A DNA stretch of 53,606 nucleotides from a virus (lineage: Duplodnaviria; Caudoviricetes): positions 1 through 53,606 of the IMG/VR virus record IMGVR_UViG_3300013212_000047, one strand, 5' to 3'. Positions 10,052-18,216 of the stretch are shown here, in pieces. How positions within the stretch are numbered: position 1 is the stretch's first letter; each line of letters starts with the position of its first letter. Under the pieces are notes generated by a model. It did no database searches and was not told the DNA's origin. It was given only the letters and a program-made list of their open reading frames with translations. Position numbers and translations under genes: made by a program.

Positions 10052-10832
10052 CGTCTTCTCCAACTATGGTTGCGTCAATAATAGGCTCAGACTCAAGTTC
10101 TTGTGAATACATACGCATTAACTTATTGATGCCAGATCTGATAGACACCAAAACTTCCTGGTCTCGTACACTTCCTTTTACGACCTCTACAATTTGCATA
10201 ACTAGCATCATGGCTTGATTAGCTTCTATAGTGTACGCCTTGGTTGCCATCATCCTCTGTTCTTTCTCGACAAGGTCTGAACGACGCTCGATTAACTCAA
10301 GGACATCCTTAGATGCAGAGTATTCATCCATTCGTTCTTTGAGTAAGTCACCTATCTGTTCGAAGGCATCGATAAAGTCAGGGCTTCCAAGTTTAGACTG
10401 CGCGAGATAATAAGCTGACTCTACTTTACGATACTGCTCTAATCCAACGCCTTCTGCAGCAGCTTCTGCACGAACATCAACTAAAGCTGTGACGTATGCA
10501 GTGTCATCACGAAGACTAAATAGATCTGGATCATCTCTATACTTATCAACCTTATCAAGTAATTGTGCGCCTACTTTTTTAAAACGTACGCGCTCTTTCT
10601 GGAATAAATGATTCAAGTACTGCGGTTTCTCACTTTTAAGTAAATGGATCTGTCCGTGAGATGAGCAATACTTTTGATCTTTTAGTGCAGGATTTTTACA
10701 CTGACGTTTTGAACCATTAGACGTAATCATTGCTTCACAGCATTTAGCATAATGTCCACCAGATAGGCGTTTGTATACACCATCTTGGCGCTCTACGTAT
10801 GAAGGATCATCAACTCCTTGGGAATCTAGCAT
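10029..10832 (-). CDS. Putative terminase small subunit
   Basis: Immediately upstream of terL; C-x-A...C...C-x-x-HG cysteine knuckle then a helical region; start MLDSQ with TATACT 6 nt upstream. Confidence 0.6.
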   Translation of the reverse strand: MLDSQGVDDPSYVERQDGVYKRLSGGHYAKCCEAMITSNGSKRQCKNPALKDQKYCSSHGQIHLLKSEKPQYLNHLFQKERVRFKKVGAQLLDKVDKYRDDPDLFSLRDDTAYVTALVDVRAEAAAEGVGLEQYRKVESAYYLAQSKLGSPDFIDAFEQIGDLLKERMDEYSASKDVLELIERRSDLVEKEQRMMATKAYTIEANQAMMLVMQIVEVVKGSVRDQEVLVSIRSGINKLMRMYSQELESEPIIDATIVGEDDGPKQIQ

Positions 10833-10838
10833 ACTGCA

Positions 10839-10846
10839 AGTATACT
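10839..10846. promoter_or_regulatory. Palindromic bidirectional -10 box (AGTATACT)
   Basis: Reads TATACT-N6-ATG on both strands, in frame with both divergent ORFs. Confidence 0.7.
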
Positions 10847-10852
10847 GGCACC

Positions 10853-11110
10853 ATGTCAAAAACAAAGCCAGCTCATTACCGTAATAGCAAAATAGATGCC
10901 TGCGATGTAGCTGATGACTGGGCGTTGAATCGGTGGCCTGCCGCCGCATTAAAGTACATTCAGCGAGCTGGCTCAAAACCTAACGAACTTTATGAGGACG
11001 ATATCCTCAAGGCTATATGGTATTTGTCCAGAGATCTAACCGGTAACAAGGGTATCTGTGACCATGTGATTAACACAGTCATAGACAACATAAAGAAAGA
11101 AGAAGCCTAG
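10853..11110 (+). CDS. DUF3310 family protein (T7 gp1.7-like nucleotide kinase)
   Basis: PAHY...ALKYIQRAGSK...DDILKAIWYL signature; start MSKTK. Confidence 0.8.
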   Translation: MSKTKPAHYRNSKIDACDVADDWALNRWPAAALKYIQRAGSKPNELYEDDILKAIWYLSRDLTGNKGICDHVINTVIDNIKKEEA

Positions 11111-11973
11111 AGGCCCAGCTTTGTGCCGGCTTTTCCTGTAACCGCACCTAGTGCTTTCTTACCCATACCCTTGACTGCTTGCTTTGTTCCATAGAACGTA
11201 GCACGTTTAGCCAAGTTGCTAATAATTGGATTCTTTGATCCTAAAGCAGCACGAACTCCCATACCTCCAGCTTTAGCAAATGGTATGCCACGCAGGATGG
11301 TGTCATATGGGTTAAAAGGAGCTGCAGACATACCAGGCATAGTTGCTGATGGAGTCGTACCTTCAGGGTTGTAAGGTGCGTATCCTGGCTCACCGCGTTT
11401 GGCTGGTCTAGTATTTGCAATACGATAGTCATTTTTAGTCAGACCTGAAACTGTACCTGACTTACCTTTTGAACCAATGTAATCAACAATTCCGGTAAGA
11501 GCTGTAGGGTTAAACCCACGTTGTTGTGCCTCAGTAAGCATCCTATCCAATTGCATGTAATTACCAGGAGTGTATTGATTTTTACTAACCATGTTAGTTA
11601 CGTGATTATGCAATTGCTGACGCAACAATAAAGCCATCTCATCATCTTGCGAAGGGCCTGCTGGAGCAGGGTTACGCATATCAGCGGTAAGCCCTGCCAG
11701 CATAGGATTAGAATTTGCAAGTAGATCCATTATGTCTGGTTGTAAATCCTGAGAGACTACATTGTTTAATGCCCGGCCAGCCTGCCTTGCACGATAACCA
11801 AGATGACCAGGCACTTTTTCTAAACCAGGTAAAACACTACCTAAACCTGATTTAACACCCTCGTAACCGCTTTTTATACCGGAGCCAAGAAGGCCAAATA
11901 TACCGCCAGCCATATTGCGAGTATCACGAAGTGTGGTTGCACCACTACCAATGTATTCAGGATCTTGAGGCAT
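11107..11973 (-). CDS. Hypothetical protein (Gly/Pro-rich, possible internal virion protein)
   Basis: 288-aa ORF overlapping the upstream gene, in a late-direction operon. Confidence 0.65.
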   Translation of the reverse strand: MPQDPEYIGSGATTLRDTRNMAGGIFGLLGSGIKSGYEGVKSGLGSVLPGLEKVPGHLGYRARQAGRALNNVVSQDLQPDIMDLLANSNPMLAGLTADMRNPAPAGPSQDDEMALLLRQQLHNHVTNMVSKNQYTPGNYMQLDRMLTEAQQRGFNPTALTGIVDYIGSKGKSGTVSGLTKNDYRIANTRPAKRGEPGYAPYNPEGTTPSATMPGMSAAPFNPYDTILRGIPFAKAGGMGVRAALGSKNPIISNLAKRATFYGTKQAVKGMGKKALGAVTGKAGTKLGL

Positions 11974-12979
11974 TTGCGTTTGCTTTCATTTCTGACATTG
12001 ACGTATTAGGCGCGTAACGACCACGATATTCTTCGAGCAAAGCTTTACCACGTCCAGGATAACGCTTATCGTAATCTTCAGTAACACCCTTATCTTTAAA
12101 GTCTTTTAAAGAAGTCTGATCGGCAATCTCGCGTTCAAACTTATTCATAATCCGTTGACCTTGATCTTGATCCAATCCGTCACGCTGAAGCATAGCAGCA
12201 AGATGCTTTCGTCCAACTGTAACACCGCGTTGAACAGTGGCGTCAAAGGCTTCGCCCAAGTATGACTTAGTGTCTCGTACAGCGCGTTGTTGATTACGCA
12301 TCTGACTGGTCATACTGCTGCTTTCGCTACCTCGACTTGGTTCACTGCTATTAGCGCGATAACTCCTAGACTCACCATAAGATCTTTGCTGTGGTTCAGA
12401 AGGTGCAGGTGCTGATTGATTGCTATTAGAGTTAACGTTTACGTTAAACTCATTAGACTGTCGGTCAGCTTGTGGTTCCTGTTGGTAAGCCATCATTGAA
12501 CGGCCTGGAATTTTCAAGTCTTCGAATTTAGGTGGTACGGGTTTAGGTATAACACTTTGACGACCACGCAAAAGACCACCTACGTAACTAACGGCGCCTA
12601 CTGTTGGTACAGCAATAGCTGCCCCAATAGCAAGCTTTTTGTTTTTAGCTGCTAATGAACGAGCAATGGCAGCTGTCTTCTTAACTCCCTTGAGACCAAT
12701 CGCGCGATCACGTCGTACTAAGTCAACCAATCGACCAACTTGACGAGAGTTTCTAGACTTAGCGGCTTTAAGTTCTGCCTCGCGAATACTTTCAGCAACA
12801 CTCAACGCCCTTCGCGTACCTTCACGGCCAACACTTAAGCCAGCTTCTCTTTCACTCTGACCCCATGGTGACCAATCAAATCTTCGTCGCCTTACGGGAG
12901 TGCGCGATGCAACTTCGTCAAATGATGGAACACTGCGTCCACTTAAAGTATCAGAACGACTTGTAGTTTCACTAGCCAT
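11957..12979 (-). CDS. Hypothetical basic protein, paralogue of 12979-14076
   Basis: 340 aa; Arg-rich N-terminus, hydrophobic segment, Ser-rich linker, shared C-terminal domain. Confidence 0.7.
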   Translation of the reverse strand: MASETTSRSDTLSGRSVPSFDEVASRTPVRRRRFDWSPWGQSEREAGLSVGREGTRRALSVAESIREAELKAAKSRNSRQVGRLVDLVRRDRAIGLKGVKKTAAIARSLAAKNKKLAIGAAIAVPTVGAVSYVGGLLRGRQSVIPKPVPPKFEDLKIPGRSMMAYQQEPQADRQSNEFNVNVNSNSNQSAPAPSEPQQRSYGESRSYRANSSEPSRGSESSSMTSQMRNQQRAVRDTKSYLGEAFDATVQRGVTVGRKHLAAMLQRDGLDQDQGQRIMNKFEREIADQTSLKDFKDKGVTEDYDKRYPGRGKALLEEYRGRYAPNTSMSEMKANANASRS

Positions 12980-14076
12980 TATGAACCTCTTTTAGCGGCG
13001 CCAGCTTTTGCCATAGCCTCGATTTCAGTTGCTGTAGCATTTTTGCGATAATTACCAAAGCGTCCACGATAAGCAGCAAGAAGATTTTTTTGTGATTGAT
13101 CGGAGTCAGAATTCTTCAAATAACCAACACCACGATCGCGGCCAAGAAGCGTATCCTTAGCGATTCGGCGATCATATTGATCAAGAAGTGTACGCTGTCG
13201 CTTACTGTCAACTTTGTCTGATGCAAGTTGTTGCTCGAGATAATTGCGTCCAGTGGCAACACCCTTACGCAGAGATGCGTCAAATGACTCACCCATGTAA
13301 TCGCGATCTGGGCGAACAGCTTTAGCTGATGCGCGCATATCACCTTGCAATACTGCACCAATACCAGTTGTTGAGTCAGTTCTTGTTACAGGTGATTGAC
13401 TTGTAGACGTTGAATCTGAGGGACTGGTTGACTCAGATGATCTAGATGAACTAAGGTTAGCGGCAGCAATAGACGCAGATGTTGGGGTTGTTTGTCTTGC
13501 CGTTTCAGCAAAACGTTCGTTACGTTGGGCCTCTCCTTTATTTCCGTTTAATTTGCGCTGAACAGCAGATACGCCCGAAGCAAGACCGTAGCTAGTAGGC
13601 ACAGCAGCTGCTACCGCTGCTGGAATTGCTCGCTTCATATTAAGCCCAGTACCAGCAGTACCCTGCGTAAAGTAACGTCGGCCTACAACGCTAGCACGAC
13701 GCAATACGCCGCCTGACGCTGATTTTTTTACACCAGGCATAGCCCCTTTAGCCGGAGTGTCACCTTTACCAAAACTACCACTAGCCGGAGTGTCACCTTT
13801 ACCAAAACTACCACCAGGTGTTGTCGATGGAAGAGTCCTTCTACCTGCCGTTTCTGACGTTTCCTCCCCTACGCTATTGAATCGAGTTTCTGGTTTCCCT
13901 GGTGTAGCTGGGCGTATTCGAGGACGAGGACTTGTATACTCTGTTGGACGAACGCGAGTAATAGTTCTTTTAGCTACATCACGAGGTACACGTTTAGCTG
14001 CACCTTCTGCTCCTCGACCCAGCAACTTGCCACCACGGCCAACCACAGCAGCCGTAAACCTACCCAGTACACTCAT
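12979..14076 (-). CDS. Hypothetical basic protein, paralogue of 11957-12979
   Basis: 365 aa; same architecture; TAATG coupling at both ends. Confidence 0.7.
   Translation of the reverse strand: MSVLGRFTAAVVGRGGKLLGRGAEGAAKRVPRDVAKRTITRVRPTEYTSPRPRIRPATPGKPETRFNSVGEETSETAGRRTLPSTTPGGSFGKGDTPASGSFGKGDTPAKGAMPGVKKSASGGVLRRASVVGRRYFTQGTAGTGLNMKRAIPAAVAAAVPTSYGLASGVSAVQRKLNGNKGEAQRNERFAETARQTTPTSASIAAANLSSSRSSESTSPSDSTSTSQSPVTRTDSTTGIGAVLQGDMRASAKAVRPDRDYMGESFDASLRKGVATGRNYLEQQLASDKVDSKRQRTLLDQYDRRIAKDTLLGRDRGVGYLKNSDSDQSQKNLLAAYRGRFGNYRKNATATEIEAMAKAGAAKRGS
13749..13814. repeat. Perfect 33-bp tandem duplication (GSFGKGDTPA x2)
   Basis: tagccggagtgtcacctttaccaaaactaccac at 13749 and 13782. Confidence 0.95.
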
Positions 14077-14318
14077 TATTTAGCCCTAGCCCTTCCTTTG
14101 TAACCTTTACCAACAACAATCTTGTTACCCTTGACGTGTTCTTTGCGTTCCATCTTCATCAGGTCAGACATAGAAAGCTTACGCTTTAATCCATGTTCTT
14201 TAATTTCCATAGCAGGTAACTGCCCCATAGTAGGGATACTAGATAGGCCATGTTCCTTACGTTCTATGGACGGTAAGTTACGCATAAAGAAACGAGTGCT
14301 GTTGATGTTTTTATTCAA
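14076..14318 (-). CDS. Small basic protein with three 19-aa ExKEH repeats
   Basis: MRNLPSIERKEHG / MGQLPAMEIKEHG / MSDLMKMERKEHV. Confidence 0.7.
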   Translation of the reverse strand: MNKNINSTRFFMRNLPSIERKEHGLSSIPTMGQLPAMEIKEHGLKRKLSMSDLMKMERKEHVKGNKIVVGKGYKGRARAK

Positions 14319-14319
14319 A

Positions 14320-14418
14320 TCAACAACCTTTTTTCTTGCACCCTGGACACTTACAACCCTTTGGATGCGGCTTCTTAATACCCATCAAATCAGACATACC
14401 TTTTACAACTTTTGCCAT
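14320..14418 (-). CDS. 32-aa Lys/Cys-rich peptide
   Basis: MAKVVKGMSDLMGIKKPHPKGCKCPGCKKKGC; GAGGTG RBS and TACAAT -10 box upstream; below the ORF-track cut-off. Confidence 0.7.
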   Translation of the reverse strand: MAKVVKGMSDLMGIKKPHPKGCKCPGCKKKGC

Positions 14419-14493
14419 AATTCACCTCTATACGATTGTACTCTACGTGAAACCGTGTTTTATAACTGGCAAGTAAGCAGGTACAATGCTTGA

Positions 14494-14952
14494 ATGAACG
14501 AATCAATAACACTACCTTTTGTAGCTGTAGATGGAATGAGGCCTACTCTACCAACTAGGGCTACTGAAGGATCCGCTGGCTTTGACTTATACGCTTGTAT
14601 TGACAAGATGATTACAATCACTCCAGGTAAACGAGCATTAATTGAGACCGGGTGGAAACTAACCATGCCAAAGAATATGGTGTGTTTTGTTGTTCCACGT
14701 AGTGGACTTGCTTGGAAAAACGGCATTACTGTATTGAATACTCCAGGCACTATTGACAGTGACTACCGTGGGTCAATCAAGGTTATCCTCATTAACCACG
14801 CTGACGAACCATTCTTCGTTCTGCCAAACATGCGTGTTGCGCAACTAGTATTTTCTACCGTGATAGATATGAGTATTGTAGCTGTAGAAACAGGAAAGCT
14901 GTTTGACGAAACGAGTCGCGGATCAGGTGGATTTGGGAGTACAGGTGTATGA
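14494..14952 (+). CDS. dut: dUTPase (trimeric)
   Basis: All five motifs: AGFDL, PRSGLA, GTIDSDYRG, RVAQL, RGSGGFGSTG. Confidence 0.97.
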   Translation: MNESITLPFVAVDGMRPTLPTRATEGSAGFDLYACIDKMITITPGKRALIETGWKLTMPKNMVCFVVPRSGLAWKNGITVLNTPGTIDSDYRGSIKVILINHADEPFFVLPNMRVAQLVFSTVIDMSIVAVETGKLFDETSRGSGGFGSTGV

Positions 14953-15566
14953 GGCAACACGCTAGACTTATCTGGATTACGGAAGATGCAGAGAAGCATA
15001 TTGCTTACTGCGCGCGCGTGAGTAACCCTGCTAATCAAGAGAATGAAGAGTTCTCTAAATTACTTGCGTATTGCAAGAAAAAAGGCCATTGGTCTGTATT
15101 TGAAATGGCAAGTGCATGCTTTGAGATCAAAACTACCGTCGCCATTGCACAGCAAATGGTTCGCCACAAATCATTTTCTTTTCAAGTGTTCTCACAACGA
15201 TACAGCCCAGTAACCGAAATGCCCGATCCAATTAGGTTACGGCTAAAACACCCAACTAATAGACAATCATCTATTGACGTAAGTGAGTCTGGTATTTTGG
15301 ACTACTTGGAAATGGAAGCAGATGAATCGGTATCTCTTGCGTATGCAACATACGACAAGATGATAGCCGGCGGAGTAGCTCCAGAAACAGCCCGTAACGT
15401 ATTACCTATGTGTACGCCTACAACGCTGTACATGTCAGGCACATTACGTAGCTGGATTCATTACCTGGAAACCCGTCTTGACGAAGGGGCGCAAGGCGAG
15501 CATCAGGATATTGCAAAGTTAATACACGCAATCCTGAAAAACAGATGCCCTACAATTTGGGAGTAA
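14949..15566 (+). CDS. thyX: Flavin-dependent thymidylate synthase
   Basis: GHWSVFE, RHKSFSFQVFSQRY ThyX motif, ETARNVLP, LRSWIHY, AQGEH. Confidence 0.95.
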   Translation: MRQHARLIWITEDAEKHIAYCARVSNPANQENEEFSKLLAYCKKKGHWSVFEMASACFEIKTTVAIAQQMVRHKSFSFQVFSQRYSPVTEMPDPIRLRLKHPTNRQSSIDVSESGILDYLEMEADESVSLAYATYDKMIAGGVAPETARNVLPMCTPTTLYMSGTLRSWIHYLETRLDEGAQGEHQDIAKLIHAILKNRCPTIWE

Positions 15567-15568
15567 AA

Positions 15569-15832
15569 ATGGAAGAAACACAAGTAATTGAGGAGCCTAA
15601 AGAACAGACTCCTAATGAGAAGCTGCAGTATCCACTATCAGAACGCGAGCTTGAGATCTTACTAATGTTGCCACGCAACCGTACAGCTAAGATGATGGGC
15701 GTCGCGTTGGGTATCTCGCACCGTACAGTTCAGTTCCATATGGACAACCTGTACTGGAAACTTGGTGTAAGTGGGATGAACGCTAAAGATCGTGCAGTCC
15801 GCAAAGGACGCGAACTCGGCCTAATTAAGTAA
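15569..15832 (+). CDS. LuxR-type helix-turn-helix protein
   Basis: LSERELEIL...LGISHRTVQFHMDNLYWKLGV; start MEETQ after GGGAG. Confidence 0.85.
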   Translation: MEETQVIEEPKEQTPNEKLQYPLSERELEILLMLPRNRTAKMMGVALGISHRTVQFHMDNLYWKLGVSGMNAKDRAVRKGRELGLIK

Positions 15833-15834
15833 AG

Positions 15835-15862
15835 AAACCCCCTCATTACGAGGGGGTTTTTT
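15835..15862. terminator. Bidirectional intrinsic terminator
   Basis: aaaccccctc-attac-gagggggttt plus T run, between convergent genes. Confidence 0.85.
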
Positions 15863-16097
15863 AAAACCTGTGAAGATACACCGGAGTGTAAGGGCCTACA
15901 TAGGCTCCGATAGTGTTGAAATTGAGGTACTCAATAGCTTCATCACTGTCCATACCATCTCGTTCTATAAGTATGTCAACCATCAGCTGAAAGTCATATG
16001 TTGCAACTTCAAGTTGTCCATCGACAGTCCACACAGAAGACATACCTATAAGAGCATCTTCAAACCCATCGGCAGTCACTGCCTCTGGTGGCAGCAT
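15861..16097 (-). CDS. Conserved phage hypothetical protein
   Basis: ADGFEDALIG...EAIEYLNFNTIGAYVGPYTP pattern recalled from aquatic phages; start trimmed to avoid overlap with ssb. Confidence 0.7.
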   Translation of the reverse strand: MLPPEAVTADGFEDALIGMSSVWTVDGQLEVATYDFQLMVDILIERDGMDSDEAIEYLNFNTIGAYVGPYTPVYLHRF

Positions 16098-16131
16098 TTC
16101 TGCTGCCACCACTGCGTTGGTTAGAAGATGC

Positions 16132-16509
16132 TTATCCAAACGGATCCTCGATATCGTCCGTCTGCACAGCTTGTTGTTGTGGCGCACCGGATGGCGCTCC
16201 ACCTTCCTTCATGCTGTCTAGTGGCTCCAGGTTGTCGCACAAGATTTCAAATGCGCGACGCTTTTCACCACCATCAGTCTGATACTCGCGAGTACGCAGT
16301 TTGCCCGTCACGCAAAGCTTACGTCCTTTAGCCAAGTACTTAGATGCAAACTCTGCTGTGCGATCAAATGCAGACAGGTCAATAAAGTCAGATGGCTGAT
16401 CTTTACCGCGATCCACAGCAATGCGCATCGAGACAACCATTTTGCCAGACTGCAGAAACTTGCTCTGCGGGTCAGCTACCAAACGTCCAGTGAGAACAAC
16501 CAGATTCAT
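16132..16509 (-). CDS. ssb: Single-stranded DNA-binding protein
   Basis: MNLVVLTGRLVADP, YLAKGR, GKLRTREY; acidic DDIEDPFG tail. Confidence 0.95.
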   Translation of the reverse strand: MNLVVLTGRLVADPQSKFLQSGKMVVSMRIAVDRGKDQPSDFIDLSAFDRTAEFASKYLAKGRKLCVTGKLRTREYQTDGGEKRRAFEILCDNLEPLDSMKEGGAPSGAPQQQAVQTDDIEDPFG

Positions 16510-16766
16510 GCAACAACCTCTTCTTCGGAAACATTAGCAGCAAACGCAAGGTTATTGATAATGTCGCTAGCGAAATCAATCATTACCTTGGATGGAATAG
16601 TAGCTCCAGCAACTCGCAGTTCCAACAGGCGCTTCCAGGCTGCAACTGGAGAGCAAACATATGGCGTTTCGCCATGACCAGTGATGGTGTACATAGGGGC
16701 GCCGGTAGCGTGGCTAATTTGAATGCCAATACCACCAATGCCACGACTTTGAAGAATCGTAATCAA
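16506..16766 (-). CDS. Hypothetical protein
   Basis: TTG start with AAGGA RBS; ATGA overlap with ssb. Confidence 0.6.
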   Translation of the reverse strand: MITILQSRGIGGIGIQISHATGAPMYTITGHGETPYVCSPVAAWKRLLELRVAGATIPSKVMIDFASDIINNLAFAANVSEEEVVA

Positions 16767-16771
16767 TTTGT

Positions 16772-16834
16772 ATCCTTACAATTAAACATGTGATTAAACA
16801 CGATAGATAGTATCGCGTTTTATTAAAAAATCAA
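16772..16834 (-). promoter_or_regulatory. Sigma70-like promoter and leader for the ssb operon
   Basis: TTGATT-16-TACTAT followed by TGTTTAAT x2 in the leader. Confidence 0.45.
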
Positions 16835-17364
16835 AAGTTTATATGAATAATCCCGCCCCACTCACCAAGCTCAAACCAGTCTCGTCGCTTTTTGTAAACT
16901 CCATCACCATCCCTGTTAATAATTCCATTAACTGGTTCAGGCCCAGTATTTCCTCCAATGGTGTCCATACCTTCAGTATCACTGCTAGTAATAATCTCAC
17001 CGTGTGCGTGACGCCCCAGTGTTTTCATGTAAAACATAGCAAGGTCGCCACGCCTGGCCACTTCGTGATTATCTTTGAGTGCCGTCCTAGGGATCCAGAT
17101 ACCAACATCTTGTGCAAACGCTACCCAGTCTGGCGTGTAGCCGGTACGAGAAAAAGCTGAATCGTACGTCAAGTTAAGTTCAGTACACGCTTCCTTCATA
17201 CAAGCTCTAAGGAACGCAATACACCATGGCCCATTAGCGCCTACGGGAGGCTTACAGAGACCCTGGAAGTACTCAACCTCCTTACCTGAGTTCACGCCTT
17301 TTTCGCGCACGTACAGGTATTTTTTAGCAATCTCAACAGCCTTTAGTGCAATTGGTCTACTCAT
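16831..17364 (-). CDS. CHAP-domain endolysin (amidase/peptidase)
   Basis: VREKGVNSG, PWCIAF catalytic Cys, GDL, HAHGEI His, TIGGNT. Confidence 0.8.
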   Translation of the reverse strand: MSRPIALKAVEIAKKYLYVREKGVNSGKEVEYFQGLCKPPVGANGPWCIAFLRACMKEACTELNLTYDSAFSRTGYTPDWVAFAQDVGIWIPRTALKDNHEVARRGDLAMFYMKTLGRHAHGEIITSSDTEGMDTIGGNTGPEPVNGIINRDGDGVYKKRRDWFELGEWGGIIHINF

Positions 17365-17689
17365 AACTTTCCTCCGGTTTCGTTAGGATGTACGGTTGAA
17401 TATTGTTGACTTCGAAGGGAATAATTTGCCAATCGGTAGCCATCAAGTCATCAATTGTAAGAGTCCATGGATAACACTCAAACATAGTTTCCGTAACAGC
17501 TTCGTTTGCATCAACGACACGTCGAACCGTGTAAGCTGTACCAATTTCTGGGAAGTCTTCTTCGTCAGTAATGTAAGTACCACTCTCAAGGTTACGTCCG
17601 TTGTAGATTAAGTATGTGTAGCCTTCATCAGAGATGCGGTATGAAAGCTTTCCATCGCGCAGACTATCAAGCACTGCAGCTAATGTCAT
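17357..17689 (-). CDS. Hypothetical protein (DUF2829-like C-terminus)
   Basis: PWTLTIDDLMATDWQI motif. Confidence 0.6.
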   Translation of the reverse strand: MTLAAVLDSLRDGKLSYRISDEGYTYLIYNGRNLESGTYITDEEDFPEIGTAYTVRRVVDANEAVTETMFECYPWTLTIDDLMATDWQIIPFEVNNIQPYILTKPEESYE

Positions 17690-17850
17690 TTACTAGCCTT
17701 TCGTTTCTTCAGCTCGTCAGCTGCTTTAGAAAAGAGATCGCGAATCTCTTCATGTGCCATTTCAGCAAGATCTTTCTCAATATCGCGGCCACGCAGTATG
17801 TCTGCTAATGGTGATCCAGAGATCAACTTAAGTGCCAACTTTTTAAACAT
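17686..17850 (-). CDS. Hypothetical 54-aa protein
   Basis: MFKKLALKLISGSPLADILRGRDIEKDLAE...; AAGGAG RBS; ATGA overlap downstream; not in the ORF track. Confidence 0.75.
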   Translation of the reverse strand: MFKKLALKLISGSPLADILRGRDIEKDLAEMAHEEIRDLFSKAADELKKRKASK

Positions 17851-17863
17851 ATCAGTCTCCTTG

Positions 17864-18151
17864 TCAGATTGATTTTACGTCTATTGTCTTTGGGATAAAA
17901 CCAGGGAAGTCCTTAGTCCATTCAATAACATTACGTGGATTGTGCAACCAATTCTGTCTCCATGATTCATCAACACCAGCTATGGAGTGAATATTTCCAT
18001 CTAAGCTATAGCGAGCAATGTATATAGACTCTTTGGTTTGGCTGATGTGAATAGCTGCGTGGCGCTTCACGCGAGTGCAGTCACGATGTTGGTTTAACCT
18101 CATACCCATAGGGTTAAACAGTGTGTAAACATACCTAATTCTGTCATTCAT
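17864..18151 (-). CDS. Hypothetical protein
   Basis: ATG preceded by TATAAT at 6 nt; first gene of the lysin operon. Confidence 0.65.
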   Translation of the reverse strand: MNDRIRYVYTLFNPMGMRLNQHRDCTRVKRHAAIHISQTKESIYIARYSLDGNIHSIAGVDESWRQNWLHNPRNVIEWTKDFPGFIPKTIDVKSI

Positions 18152-18216
18152 ACACGGATTATACGCTAACCCGCAAGTATTACAATAGGTCAGTCAAGTC
18201 TGTGACATAATAAGTT

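Noticed and set aside
10833-10976. Longer N-termini for the two divergent ORFs as given in the track
   Set aside because: They would overlap head-to-head; the internal ATGs fit the shared -10 box
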